Positions 1 through 9,609 of a DNA stretch of 64,000 bases are shown here, one piece after another. Below the pieces are notes generated by a model. It saw nothing but the letters and a program-made list of their open reading frames with translations. It did not search any database and was not told the origin of the DNA. The position numbers and the translations under genes were made by a program. Source of the stretch: an uncultured Thermodesulfobacteriota bacterium (GTDB taxonomy: Bacteria > Desulfobacterota > DSWW01); contig CAYLMK010000004.1 in NCBI GenBank assembly GCA_964384945.1, positions 264,109 through 328,108 of the forward strand. Direction: 5' to 3'. Every line of letters starts with the position of its first letter. Positions within the stretch are counted from its first letter, which is position 1.

Positions 1-308
1 GCCGCCTTCCCTACCGGCCGGCCCACAACGGCTCGGTGGCGCTCGCGTATGCCTGGAGGGAACTTGTGGACTGCTCGACCACCCTCCGGGCCGTGAGCGG
101 CCAGGACTTCCAGAACCCGGACACGGGCCGCTGGGGCAGACTTGGGGCCTATTCGGCCTGGGACGCGTTCCTTCGTGTCCGCCCCATCCGGAACCTCTCC
201 CTCTGGCTGAATGTGGAGAACCTCCTCGACGCGGACTACCAGAACGCATACGGCTTCCCCGAGGCGGGAAGGACTTTCTGGATCGGCATCCGGGGCCACG
301 CCGGATAG
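1..308 (+). CDS. TonB-dependent outer-membrane receptor, C-terminal fragment (gene starts upstream of the window)
   Basis: Frame is open from the window edge. The C-terminal beta-barrel signature NVENLLDADYQNAYGFPEAGRTFWIGIRG resembles the TonB-dependent receptor terminal strand. Only about 100 aa are visible. Confidence 0.5.
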   Translation, partial: RLPYRPAHNGSVALAYAWRELVDCSTTLRAVSGQDFQNPDTGRWGRLGAYSAWDAFLRVRPIRNLSLWLNVENLLDADYQNAYGFPEAGRTFWIGIRGHAG

Positions 309-445
309 CCTCGACCTCGTCCCTCGAAAAGCGGCCACCTGTGCGGACCCTCACGCGAATTTGAGCTTGTGTCGATCAAAAAGATGTATTACATAGAAAC
401 CGTGGACGCTGTCTCCCGCCGGAACCGCAATAATAGGAGGGGAAC

Positions 446-2233
446 ATGGATCCGAAAGCCATTGAGAAACGGAATCTCGTCGCTCAGTGGGCCTTTGACA
501 CGAGCCCGATCCTGGGAAGATTCCACCTGTGGCTGGAGGACGTCGAAATCGAGTGGCTCAACGGAGAACACCGCTCCGACCTGGACAGCAGTGTCTCCTT
601 TGTGGACGCAAGGATGGAGAGGATGTTCACCATGACGGCGGCCGTAACCGCCCTCGGCACCCAGTTGTTCGGCCGCTTCGGTGAAGGGCTGAACCAGGAC
701 AAGAAGGTCCTGAACCAGGTGAAGAAGGACGCGGACGCCATCTCCGCCTATGCCATGAGCGAATCCCTTTGGTATCTGTCCCGCTCCCTCCCGGAGAACC
801 ACGCGATCATGGTGTGCCTGGGGGAGGGACTCATGCCCAAGGCGGGGGAGACGCCGGAAATGGGATCGAACCCGCTTCTCGGATTCGGCAGGATCTACGC
901 AAGGCCGCAGGTCGCCCGTTTCCTGGAGGTCCGGGTCCAGAGGCTCATCAACGACGAGGCCTATGGCTGGCCCGATTTCGAGCACGATCTGCAGCAGGCC
1001 GGCATCACGGTCTGGGGCGCGGCGATCGACACGCTGGAGAACACCTCCCGCTTCGCAAAGGGCGACACCACGGGGCCGCTGACCGTTCTCCACGTCTTTG
1101 ATCAGCCGCTGTGCATCACCAAACCTTACGAAGGGTACATCGGAAACCTCGTGCTGCCCCGCAAGGTCGTGGAGACCGCGGAGCGGGAGTCGCTGCTGGT
1201 CAATTTCTTCACGCCGAGGGAAAAGGTCCTCGAGGCGATCCGGCTCACCTATCCGGGCATCAAGAGCGAACATGTCCATGTATGGACCCTGCGCGGCAAG
1301 GGCCGCGACCTGCGTATCGGCAAGCTGTGGGAGGAGTGGAAGGCGGCAGGTGCGCACCTGATCGAGGACGGATGGGTGCTGCCGAACGGCCAGCGGGCCT
1401 TCACCGAGTCCGGGACCTATGCGCCCACATTCCTCGTCGGCACGTGGCAGGACGCTGCGGGCGACACCCATCTCTTTCTCGTGGACGGGTACGCTGCCTC
1501 GGCCGAGGCCATTCAGGCGGCGAGCCTGTATCCCATCTTCGATCTGGACGTGTCTCTCGTCGTTTTCTCTTCCAAATACGAGCTGGACCACGACCGGGAA
1601 CACCTCATCATGCGCCTGGACCCGGATGCCGAGGATTTCGGCGAGCGCCTTTCCCGGATCTTCGAGAAGAACCTGGATGAGAAGACGGTCGAACGCTACA
1701 GGAGGGACATCCTGCAGGCCAGGAGCGCGGGGATCCCCTTGGACAAGAAGTTCGTCACGGCCGACGACTTCCTGCCCGGAAAGAAGTGGGACGTGATGGC
1801 CATTTCCGGCTACATGCTGCCCGACCCCTACACGGGGGCGCCCGGGGTCCGGCAGATAGCGGACGACACATACCGGGTGACCGTGAGGCTTTCCACCAAA
1901 CAGGGCGACAAGCGCATCCATATCAGCCTGCGCCTCCTGGAGACGTTCGATGAGAGCCGGCTCGTCTTCAATCCTCTGCTCAACCGCTTCCTGCGCGGGG
2001 AGGATTACACGCAGAGGCGGGTGACCCTTTCCGACTCGGGCCGGATCCGAAACGAGCTGCAGACGCTCTGCACCGAAGCCCTGGAATACTTCGCCGACCA
2101 CTCCATCAAGCTCCACTTCGACCGGATTCCGCCGGACGTCATCTCCCCGGAGGACCAGGTCAAGCTTCGGGAGATCCTCGCGTGGTACAAGGCCAATCAT
2201 CCGATCTGGTTCAAGTGGCTCGAGCTCGAATGA
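446..2233 (+). CDS. Large GlpX-like (fructose-1,6-bisphosphatase class II superfamily) domain protein, 595 aa; function uncertain
   Basis: Strong RBS AGGAGG 6 nt upstream of the ATG. Protein-like composition, whereas the antisense 627-aa ORF is R/G/P-rich junk. Motifs resemble GlpX metal ligands and core (LGEGLMPKAGE versus GEGE; AIDTLENT versus DPIEGT; YAASAEAIQAA versus GGAPEGVVSAA). Has N- and C-terminal extensions relative to the roughly 330-aa GlpX. Confidence 0.6.
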   Translation: MDPKAIEKRNLVAQWAFDTSPILGRFHLWLEDVEIEWLNGEHRSDLDSSVSFVDARMERMFTMTAAVTALGTQLFGRFGEGLNQDKKVLNQVKKDADAISAYAMSESLWYLSRSLPENHAIMVCLGEGLMPKAGETPEMGSNPLLGFGRIYARPQVARFLEVRVQRLINDEAYGWPDFEHDLQQAGITVWGAAIDTLENTSRFAKGDTTGPLTVLHVFDQPLCITKPYEGYIGNLVLPRKVVETAERESLLVNFFTPREKVLEAIRLTYPGIKSEHVHVWTLRGKGRDLRIGKLWEEWKAAGAHLIEDGWVLPNGQRAFTESGTYAPTFLVGTWQDAAGDTHLFLVDGYAASAEAIQAASLYPIFDLDVSLVVFSSKYELDHDREHLIMRLDPDAEDFGERLSRIFEKNLDEKTVERYRRDILQARSAGIPLDKKFVTADDFLPGKKWDVMAISGYMLPDPYTGAPGVRQIADDTYRVTVRLSTKQGDKRIHISLRLLETFDESRLVFNPLLNRFLRGEDYTQRRVTLSDSGRIRNELQTLCTEALEYFADHSIKLHFDRIPPDVISPEDQVKLREILAWYKANHPIWFKWLELE

Positions 2234-2345
2234 GTTGAACCGAAGATTGCAGACCCCTTTCCGTGCAACCATCCGCCGATTCCTGTATCATGCGCGCAGC
2301 GTGAAGTTCCGCGACGAACCGTGCGGGTGAAGAAAGGGAGGGCCG

Positions 2346-3386
2346 ATGGATTTTTCGCTGCTGACCCTGCTGACGGAAACCCCGGGGATTTCCGGGAGAG
2401 AAGAACGGGTGCGCGCGTTGGTCGCCGAGAGGCTCGCCCCGGTCGCAGAAAAGATCACGGTGGATTCCATAGGAAACCTCATCGGCCACGTCCCGGGCAA
2501 GGGCCCCCGCGTGGCCCTCATCGCCCACATGGATGAAATCGGATTCATGGTGAGCAAGATCGAGGACGGGGGGTTTCTTCGCGTCATACCCGTCGGAAGC
2601 GTGGAACCGCAGGCCTTCTGGGCACAGAAAGTGACCGTACACGGGCGCAGGGAACTGCCCGGCGTGGTCGGAACCGTTCCCCCTCATCTGCGGAGGGCAA
2701 CCGAGCGGGGGCAGGCCGGCAAGCCCCCCTCCATTGAAAGCGGCTTCATCGATCTGGGCTTGCCTCCGGAGGCGGTCGCAGAGCTTGTCGACATCGGAGA
2801 CCCGGTCACATACGCGACGCGAAGCTGGGAAAACGAAGCCTCCTTCTTCGGCAAGGCCCTGGATGACCGCGTCGGCCTGTTCGTGATGCTCGAAGCGGTC
2901 AGGCGTGCGGAGAAGATCGACTGCGATCTGTTTCTCATCGCCTCGACCCAGGAGGAGGTAGGTCTCCGGGGGGCAGGGCCCGCCGTTTGCAGCGTTGCCC
3001 CGCAGATCGCTGTCGCCCTGGAGGGCACCGCGGCCTCGGATACGCCGAACATGAGCCTGCCTTCCAACACGCTCCCGACCGCGCAGGGGAAGGGGCCGGA
3101 AATACGGCTCACCGACAAGCGGATGATTTCGGACCGGCCGCTGGCCGACTTCCTGATCCGGCTGGCCCGGCAGGGCGGCCTCGACCATCAGGTCGTGGTG
3201 AAGAACACGGGCGCGACCGATGCCGCGGCCGCGCAGATCACTGCAGGCGGTGCAAAGGCCTGCGTCGTTGCGGTGCCAACGCGCTACATCCACGCGCCGG
3301 TCGCTGTCGCGCGAAAGGCGGACATCCGCATGGCCGTGGAGTTGACCGCCGTCTTTCTTCAAAGGGCCTCCGGGCTGGCTCTTTGA
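2346..3386 (+). CDS. M42 family metallopeptidase (FrvX/CelM-like glutamyl aminopeptidase)
   Basis: RBS GGGAGGG upstream. Motifs HMDEIGFMV, DDRVG and EEVGLRGA are typical of peptidase M42. Confidence 0.85.
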   Translation: MDFSLLTLLTETPGISGREERVRALVAERLAPVAEKITVDSIGNLIGHVPGKGPRVALIAHMDEIGFMVSKIEDGGFLRVIPVGSVEPQAFWAQKVTVHGRRELPGVVGTVPPHLRRATERGQAGKPPSIESGFIDLGLPPEAVAELVDIGDPVTYATRSWENEASFFGKALDDRVGLFVMLEAVRRAEKIDCDLFLIASTQEEVGLRGAGPAVCSVAPQIAVALEGTAASDTPNMSLPSNTLPTAQGKGPEIRLTDKRMISDRPLADFLIRLARQGGLDHQVVVKNTGATDAAAAQITAGGAKACVVAVPTRYIHAPVAVARKADIRMAVELTAVFLQRASGLAL

Positions 3387-3413
3387 AAGACGGCTCCCTC
3401 GGAAGGCCTCCGG

Positions 3414-4058
3414 TCATGTCGCCAGGAGGGGCAGTCCTGTCAGTTCCTCGAGGCTCCGGATGACCACGGTTGCGCCTCCACGGATGAGCGCCGCCGCCGA
3501 GAACTTCCTGTTTTCCACGCCGATCGCGGCCATGCCCGCGTTCCCGGCCAGGGTCATGTCCTGCGGCATGTCGCCCACGTAGACGCATTCCGCCGGATGG
3601 AGGCCCATCTTTTCCGCCATGAAGAGCAAGGTGTCCGGAGCCGGTTTCGGCTTCCTGGCCTCCTCGCCCGCCACGACCATCTCGAACAGACCGAGAAAGT
3701 CCCCCCCCAGGGCATCCACCTGTTTTCTCGTGACGCCCGTGAACAGACCCAGCCGGTAGCGGTCCTTCAACGAAGCGAGGGTCTCCCGGGCCTTTGGGAA
3801 AAAGAGATCTCTGCCCCGGGTGATTTTCCAGTAGTTCTCGACCTTCTCCGAAGCCAGAGCCCGCGGGTCCGCCTCGATCCCGTTCTCCCGGAGGACCTGT
3901 TCGATGATGTGCGAGGTGGGCTTGCCGAGAAGCAGATCGAGCCTTTCGCGGCGGACCGCCAGGCCGAACCTCTCGAAGACCATCTGAAAGGCCCGGATGT
4001 TGTATTCATAGTCGTCGAGCAGGGTACCGTTCAGGTCGAAGAGGATGCATCGGATCAT
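3414..4058 (-). CDS. HAD-superfamily hydrolase (phosphatase-like); last gene of the long minus-strand operon
   Basis: HAD motif I (ILFDLNGTLLDD) lies at the internal Met. The ORF extends to 4262 but that upstream part is low-complexity. The chosen ATG sits 5 nt after the stop of the preceding gene. C-terminal VYVGDMPQD is HAD motif III. Confidence 0.75.
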   Translation of the reverse strand: MIRCILFDLNGTLLDDYEYNIRAFQMVFERFGLAVRRERLDLLLGKPTSHIIEQVLRENGIEADPRALASEKVENYWKITRGRDLFFPKARETLASLKDRYRLGLFTGVTRKQVDALGGDFLGLFEMVVAGEEARKPKPAPDTLLFMAEKMGLHPAECVYVGDMPQDMTLAGNAGMAAIGVENRKFSAAALIRGGATVVIRSLEELTGLPLLAT

Positions 4059-4065
4059 GGCAGAC

Positions 4066-7000
4066 TCATGGGTTGCGGCCCTCTCGTGTTCCGCGGCCTT
4101 CTTCCGCATCGCCGGGACGGGCGGCGAAGGGCTCGAACAGGACGCGGGCAAGCCCGGGGTCGTCTTCGGCATGGTGGATGGCGGCCTCGACTTCCTCTGC
4201 CCGGGCGGTTCCCCAGTAGCAGTGCGGCGCGGCCAGGGGGGGGCGATCCGCAGGGTCGGCATTGAAAAGCTGGATGCCCTCGTTCCCGAAAATCCGGTTG
4301 TACTCGAAGATCATCGCTCCGTTCAGATAGACGCCTCCGCTGCCGGCAGGCGTGCCCGCCCTGTTGCGGCTCACCGTGTTCCCGCGGAACACCTCGTTCT
4401 TGATGCTCATCCCCCAGAAGTTCAGGAACACTCCGCCTCCGTGGTCGCCGCCGCAGCGGTTGTCCAGAATCCGGTTCTTCTCGAGCGAGCTGTTCGTTTC
4501 GGCGTAGACGCCGCCTCCCTCCGAAGAGCTGTTCCGGACAATTTCATTGTCCTGGATCAGGGCAAAGGTCGCAAACAGGCCGCCTCCCTTTCCCCGGGCC
4601 TCGTTGGCGAGAATGCGGTTGCCGACCATGGCGGACCGGGAGAGCCACACTCCTCCGCCGTCGCCGCCCGACCGGTTGCCCTCGATCCGGTTCCCGGACA
4701 GGTTCACCGCCGTGTTCGACCGGTAGCCGTAACCGAAAACGCCCCCTCCATCCTCGCCGGCCTCGTTCCGGAGGATCTCGTTGTTCAGGATGTAGATGAG
4801 CTGGCTCCCGTACGCGTAGATGCCCCCGCCGTTCGACGGGCTTCGATTCTCGACGATCCGGTTGTGCTCGATCCGCGCGGCCGCATCCCGGATCGAGATG
4901 CCGCTGCCTCGGTTCTTCCGGAGGACGCAGTTCGCAACCCGCGACGTTGCCCCCTCGATGAGCACCCCCATGCCGTGTTCGATGATAGAGTGCTCGAGGA
5001 GAACCGGCGCCGAGCCGGTCTCCGCCTCGCCGGGGGTTTCCGCCTCCCCCTGCGCCTGTCCATCGAAGAACAGGTGGCCCCAGGGCGACTCCGGATCCCC
5101 GGTGAAAAGGACCGGCCTCGCCGGCTCCCCGCGGGCGGCCCAGGCGCCGCGCACGCGGAAGTTCGCACCGCGCGCGATCTCCATCCTCGTGCCAGGAAGA
5201 AGCTCGACCTTCACGCCGCTCGGCACGAACACGTTTCCGGTCACCGTGTAGGTCGCGCCCCCGGACTGCCCGAAAACCGTGTCCTCTCGCAAAGGCCCCT
5301 CGACAATGTTTGGGGCCGCAGGCGGGGTACAGAAGCGCGTGGCCGCAGACCAGTCGGTCCAGTTCCCGTCCGTCCCCTGGAAGGCGACGCGCCAGGCGTA
5401 CTCCCTGCCGGGCCGCAGGACGCCCTCGGGCAGCGCAAGCGAGTCGTTCCCTCCCACAGGACCGCTGTCGAAAAGAGGCGTGGAGAAATCCACGGGGATC
5501 TCGCTGATCACCCAGCGGGCCCCGGCCCGCGATTCCTCCGCCATGTCGGCAACCGCCTGAAGCAGAAGCACGGCCTCCGCTGCAGGGTCGCATCGGTCGG
5601 GCCGGACCGCGCGAATTCCCCGTGGGGCTGTTGCGGCCTGCTCGCTTCCGGAGCCTCCGACCGGAACCGGCAGCGGCCGGGAGAGGGCGCTCTCCACGAT
5701 CTCTCCTTTCGCCTCCTCCCGGTAGGCGGACAGGCAGAACAGGGAGGCCTCGGGGGACGGCCGGGCGAGCCGGACCGAACGTTCTCGGCCGTCCAGGGCC
5801 TGTCCGGTCGCCCGGGGAGGCCCGCCTTCTCCAAACCCGTAGAGACGAAACCCGCTCACCGTCACGTCCGGCGGGTACGTCCAGCGAAGGACCCACTCCT
5901 GACCCTCCGCCTGAACGGTCAGAAAGTCCGGAGGGGGAGGAGGCGCCTCGGGAATCCAGCGTTCCCGCAGTTCGTGCCAGTCGACCAGGCCCCGTTCGGC
6001 GTCGTCGAGCCAGTCGTAGATACGCGAGATCACGACCTCCCGGTCTCGGGTCCCCCAGTAGTTCTCCCCCGCGTCCAGGTCCGGGGCCAGCCTGTGGGTC
6101 TGCACGCGCAGGGCATAGCCCAGGCTGGCCACAATGTTGTTCCGCCTGAGTTCAGGCCCGCCGGAAACCACGATGGCCTCCCCGGGCTCCTCCCCCTTCG
6201 ATCCGTTGCCGTAGAAGGTGTTCTCCTCCACCCGGCCGTCGGCGTAATAGAAGAGCCCCCCTCCCAGGAAAGGAGACGCCGTGTTGTACGCCAGGGAGTT
6301 CCCGCGGATGAGGCTCCCCTCCGAGTAGATCCCGCCCCCGCGGCCTGCCTGGTTCGACTCGATCCGGTTCTTCTCGACCCTGCCGCCCAGGGCGAAGAGC
6401 CCTCCTCCGGAATCCTCCGCCACATTGTCTGCGATCAGGTTCCCTGCCACCTCGCACCGGAACGCAACGAGTCCGCCCCCGTATCGATCACTCCGGTTCC
6501 GCCAGATTCGGTTGTTCAGGATGGACACCCTGCCCTTGTCGTATGCATAGGCATAGATCCCTCCGCCGCCGTCGCGGCCCCCGCTGGAGATATTGTGATG
6601 GACGTCGTTGCCCTCGACGACCACCTCCCGGTCCGAGTAGACGACCATGCCGCCGCCGTTCCCCGAGGTATCCTCGAGCTCGGTCGAGTTGCCGTAGATC
6701 AAGTTCCCCGCAACCCTTCCCCCGGAAAACTCCAGGCTGATCGGCGTATCGACGTTGTCGCGAAAGATCGAGGACTCGATCTGGATTTCCGTGTCCCTCG
6801 CCTTGATCCCGCGCCCTCCCTCGACGATGCAGTGCCGAAAGAGGTCGGGCTGAAGCCTGCCGTCCTCTCCCGCCTTGCCGCCGAGGCAGTCGATCTTGTC
6901 CCAGGGTTCCTTCTGCAAGGGGCGGAAGGCGATCGGACGCTCCCGGCTTCCCCGGGCGACGATGCGCCCCTGGCAGTGAATGCTCACATCCGGTCCCAAT

Positions 7001-7260
7001 CGCACCTCGACGCCCGGCTCGATCGTGAGGGTGGCCTCGGGCACGATCAGGAAAGACTCCGTGATCCGATAGGGGCTCTTGCGCTGCTTCCAGACCGTGT
7101 CCCTGTCCATGGTCTTCACGCCCAGATCCGGGGGATGGAGCAGGAGCGAGATCTTCTCGCAGGATGCGCTGAGGGCGGCCAGCAGGACCGCCGCGGCCAG
7201 GGCCCCCCGCTTCCTCCTCTTGGGGGGCCCTCCCGCCCCAACCCGGCCAGGCTTTCCCAT
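4066..7260 (-). CDS. Giant secreted lipoprotein with two right-handed parallel beta-helix (PbH1/NosD-like) domains plus Ig/FN3-like spacer, 1064 aa
   Basis: RBS GGAGG 10 nt upstream of the ATG at 7260. Signal peptide MGKPGRVGAGGPPKRRKRGALAAAVLLAALSASC contains a lipobox-like SASC. There are dozens of G-rich beta-helix rungs (GGGIYAYA, GGGLFA, NRIxxN) and two YWGT motifs (ENYWGT, HCYWGT), as in NosD/disaggregatase-like proteins. Confidence 0.8.
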   Translation of the reverse strand: MGKPGRVGAGGPPKRRKRGALAAAVLLAALSASCEKISLLLHPPDLGVKTMDRDTVWKQRKSPYRITESFLIVPEATLTIEPGVEVRLGPDVSIHCQGRIVARGSRERPIAFRPLQKEPWDKIDCLGGKAGEDGRLQPDLFRHCIVEGGRGIKARDTEIQIESSIFRDNVDTPISLEFSGGRVAGNLIYGNSTELEDTSGNGGGMVVYSDREVVVEGNDVHHNISSGGRDGGGGIYAYAYDKGRVSILNNRIWRNRSDRYGGGLVAFRCEVAGNLIADNVAEDSGGGLFALGGRVEKNRIESNQAGRGGGIYSEGSLIRGNSLAYNTASPFLGGGLFYYADGRVEENTFYGNGSKGEEPGEAIVVSGGPELRRNNIVASLGYALRVQTHRLAPDLDAGENYWGTRDREVVISRIYDWLDDAERGLVDWHELRERWIPEAPPPPPDFLTVQAEGQEWVLRWTYPPDVTVSGFRLYGFGEGGPPRATGQALDGRERSVRLARPSPEASLFCLSAYREEAKGEIVESALSRPLPVPVGGSGSEQAATAPRGIRAVRPDRCDPAAEAVLLLQAVADMAEESRAGARWVISEIPVDFSTPLFDSGPVGGNDSLALPEGVLRPGREYAWRVAFQGTDGNWTDWSAATRFCTPPAAPNIVEGPLREDTVFGQSGGATYTVTGNVFVPSGVKVELLPGTRMEIARGANFRVRGAWAARGEPARPVLFTGDPESPWGHLFFDGQAQGEAETPGEAETGSAPVLLEHSIIEHGMGVLIEGATSRVANCVLRKNRGSGISIRDAAARIEHNRIVENRSPSNGGGIYAYGSQLIYILNNEILRNEAGEDGGGVFGYGYRSNTAVNLSGNRIEGNRSGGDGGGVWLSRSAMVGNRILANEARGKGGGLFATFALIQDNEIVRNSSSEGGGVYAETNSSLEKNRILDNRCGGDHGGGVFLNFWGMSIKNEVFRGNTVSRNRAGTPAGSGGVYLNGAMIFEYNRIFGNEGIQLFNADPADRPPLAAPHCYWGTARAEEVEAAIHHAEDDPGLARVLFEPFAARPGDAEEGRGTREGRNP

Positions 7261-7356
7261 GGTATTCTCGCCTCCTCGCAAACCAGGTCCCAGGTGAAAG
7301 GGAGAAGGGCAAGGCGTCAAAGCGCAACGCAATCGACGGCCATCTGACGCCGACCT

Positions 7357-9594
7357 CTATTCGTATTCGGTCCAGTCGACCTCCGCCCCCGGCCTGACCT
7401 GCTCGATCGCCCTGTCCTCGGGCATCTCCGGAACCTTGTCCATGAACATCAGGAACAGGGTCGCATACTCGATCCACATCTCCGGATCCGGCATCCGGGC
7501 GGCACCGTCCGGCGTGTAATACACGTAAGGCATCTTCGTGCCCCGACCTGCGTAGCGGTCCGGGTTGCGCAAGAAGTTCTTGATCCAATCGTACCGCAGG
7601 CGGCCCTTGGTGAGCATCAGATTGATGGACAGATCCTCCAGCTTCACGCCCTCGGGAAGGGCGCCGTCAAAAGAGACCGGGTGGCACTGCATGCACTTGT
7701 CGGTCTTCACCCGGTATTCCCCCATCTCCAGGACCTCGGGCTCGTAGTCGTCCCGGACCGGCAGCGAGACGTAGGGGACCCGGACGGTTTCCTGGACCTC
7801 GGGATCCAGGAGCAGACGAAAGCAGGCGATGAGCGTCTCCCGTTCCTGATAGCCCAAGCCGAACTCCGGCATCCGGATCTTCAGCCACGGTCGCAGCTCC
7901 ACGGGCTTGCTCAGGTACTGGAAGAACCACTGGGGCTGCACCCGCTCCGCCTCGGCGATCAACCGGGGAGGGACCATGGATTTGAGTCCCGTGAAGCGGT
8001 CGATGCGGGGCTTGACGTCCTCTTCGAGCTGATGGCACCCGCCGCAGTTGTAATGGCTCAACATCCAGTCGCCCTTCGCAAGGGTCGATTCGTCCGGGCC
8101 AAGCTTCCGGAGATAGGATTCCGAAACGGCGTAGTCCGCGTTGTGAAGATAGTAGACCGTGAGCGACTCGATCTCGCTGTCTTCGAGCCGGTGGTCCGGC
8201 ATCTTCAGCGGCATGTCCTCGCTCGTGTAGATGTCCGGTTTGCGGATCTTGTGATAGAGCCAATCCCACTTGGTGCGGGGCACATCGGACGATCCGAAGG
8301 GAAGCTCGTCCAGCCGCTTCCCGGCCACATCTCCCACCCCCACACCGGGCAGGGGCAGCTTCTCCATGTCCCGGACGACGTGGCATCCGTAACAGCCCAT
8401 GAGCTGGACCAGCCGCTTTCCCTCCCCTGGGTCGCCCCCTTCCGGAAGATCGGCCGGCGCCGGCCCGAGGAGTTCTTCGATCTCCCCGGGTCGCAGGGAC
8501 TCGAGGTAACCGGCCAGGTCCCTTCGTTCCTCTTCGGTAAGCATGAGCCGGGGCATGGCCGTCTGGGGGTTCCACTCGGCCGGCCCTTCAAGCCAGGTGG
8601 CGACCCAGGGGCCGGAGAGCTTCAGGCCCGCTTCGAAGAGGTTCGGAACCCGATCCGTCAGGCAGGCCTCGTTCCGATCGTCGCTGTGGCAGCCCACGCA
8701 CCCCTTCTCCGTGAAGAGGCCCTTTCCGTTCCGCTGAGATGCGCGGTCGCTTCGATAGGCGACCAGCGGCTTGGGCAAGGTCCGCTGTCCCATCAGATAG
8801 GCGACGATGTGGAGAATCTCCTCCTCCTGGAGGCGGAAGGTGGGCATCCGGTTCCTGGGGCGGACGGAGGCGGGGTCCTTGATCCACCGATAGAGCCAGG
8901 CAGGCCGGGAGACCTTCTCGCCGATCCCCTCGAAAGGCGTGGACATCCGGGGAAGATCCCTTGTCATGCGGGCCTCGTGGCAGCCGTAGCATCCGTGCTC
9001 CAGGAACAGGATCCGGCCTTGCTCGGCCTTCTCGGCCCCCCGCAGGCGGTGCGGGCTTTCGTGGCACCCGAGGCAGAGCCCCTGCACGAACCTCGACGGA
9101 ACGCGCGGCAGCGGCCAGTTCTGCTCGTAGCCGTGCGCCTTCTCCGCGGTCAAGCCGACCCCCTGGCCGTGATGGCACAGGGTACAGCCGAAGCGGCCGG
9201 GCTTGTGGTCGGCCAGAATCTCGGGGGGGTGATACCGCAGGGGGTTCGCCGCGTCCCGGAACAGCGGTTCCTCCAGGGCCAGATGGCACGTCCGGCACAG
9301 ATCGCGGACCCCCGCGTCGGGCAGAAAGATCTGCTCGATCCGGGGTCCGGCCCCGTCACGGGCCTTCTCGAGCAGCCGGGACCATTTCTTCAGGGCCTCC
9401 TCGTCCCCCTCCTCGGTCGCGACCCGGAGGTTGCGCTCCACCGCCTCCCTGAACGTTCCCCTGTAGTCTCTCTGGAAGCCCTTCCACGCCTGCCTGCCCT
9501 CGGAACGAAACACCACGAGAGACACGGCGAGGCAGGCTGCCGCCAGCGGGACAAACAACATTCGCGATCTGGTTCCTGCCCGAATCGTTGCCAT
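7357..9594 (-). CDS. Octaheme c-type cytochrome, membrane-anchored (8 CxxCH motifs)
   Basis: Heme-binding motifs: CRTCH, CTLCHH, CLGCH, CYGCH, CVGCH, CYGCH, CGGCH, CMQCH. N-terminal hydrophobic anchor. Located 15 nt downstream of the cytochrome b gene. Confidence 0.85.
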   Translation of the reverse strand: MATIRAGTRSRMLFVPLAAACLAVSLVVFRSEGRQAWKGFQRDYRGTFREAVERNLRVATEEGDEEALKKWSRLLEKARDGAGPRIEQIFLPDAGVRDLCRTCHLALEEPLFRDAANPLRYHPPEILADHKPGRFGCTLCHHGQGVGLTAEKAHGYEQNWPLPRVPSRFVQGLCLGCHESPHRLRGAEKAEQGRILFLEHGCYGCHEARMTRDLPRMSTPFEGIGEKVSRPAWLYRWIKDPASVRPRNRMPTFRLQEEEILHIVAYLMGQRTLPKPLVAYRSDRASQRNGKGLFTEKGCVGCHSDDRNEACLTDRVPNLFEAGLKLSGPWVATWLEGPAEWNPQTAMPRLMLTEEERRDLAGYLESLRPGEIEELLGPAPADLPEGGDPGEGKRLVQLMGCYGCHVVRDMEKLPLPGVGVGDVAGKRLDELPFGSSDVPRTKWDWLYHKIRKPDIYTSEDMPLKMPDHRLEDSEIESLTVYYLHNADYAVSESYLRKLGPDESTLAKGDWMLSHYNCGGCHQLEEDVKPRIDRFTGLKSMVPPRLIAEAERVQPQWFFQYLSKPVELRPWLKIRMPEFGLGYQERETLIACFRLLLDPEVQETVRVPYVSLPVRDDYEPEVLEMGEYRVKTDKCMQCHPVSFDGALPEGVKLEDLSINLMLTKGRLRYDWIKNFLRNPDRYAGRGTKMPYVYYTPDGAARMPDPEMWIEYATLFLMFMDKVPEMPEDRAIEQVRPGAEVDWTEYE

Positions 9595-9609
9595 CGAACG
9601 CGCATGCCC

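Noticed and set aside
389-2272. 627-aa minus-strand ORF overlapping the GlpX-like gene
   Set aside because: Composition is R/L/P/G/V-dominated, typical of antisense in high-GC DNA. No RBS. The plus-strand partner has a perfect RBS and protein-like composition.
3414-4262. Full-length 282-aa extent of the HAD hydrolase ORF, and similar 5' extensions of the NarH-like, TorD-like, alpha, Rieske, cytochrome b, GemA-like, TetR and PRTase ORFs
   Set aside because: The upstream portions are Pro/Arg/Gly-rich and overlap the 3' ends of the preceding genes. Internal ATGs with RBS and conserved N-terminal motifs fit much better, so the genes were trimmed.
4045-7347. 1100-aa plus-strand ORF opposite the beta-helix lipoprotein gene
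   Set aside because: Antisense artefact. Extreme Arg/Ala/Pro/Gly bias, no motifs. The minus-strand ORF shows clear beta-helix periodicity and an RBS.
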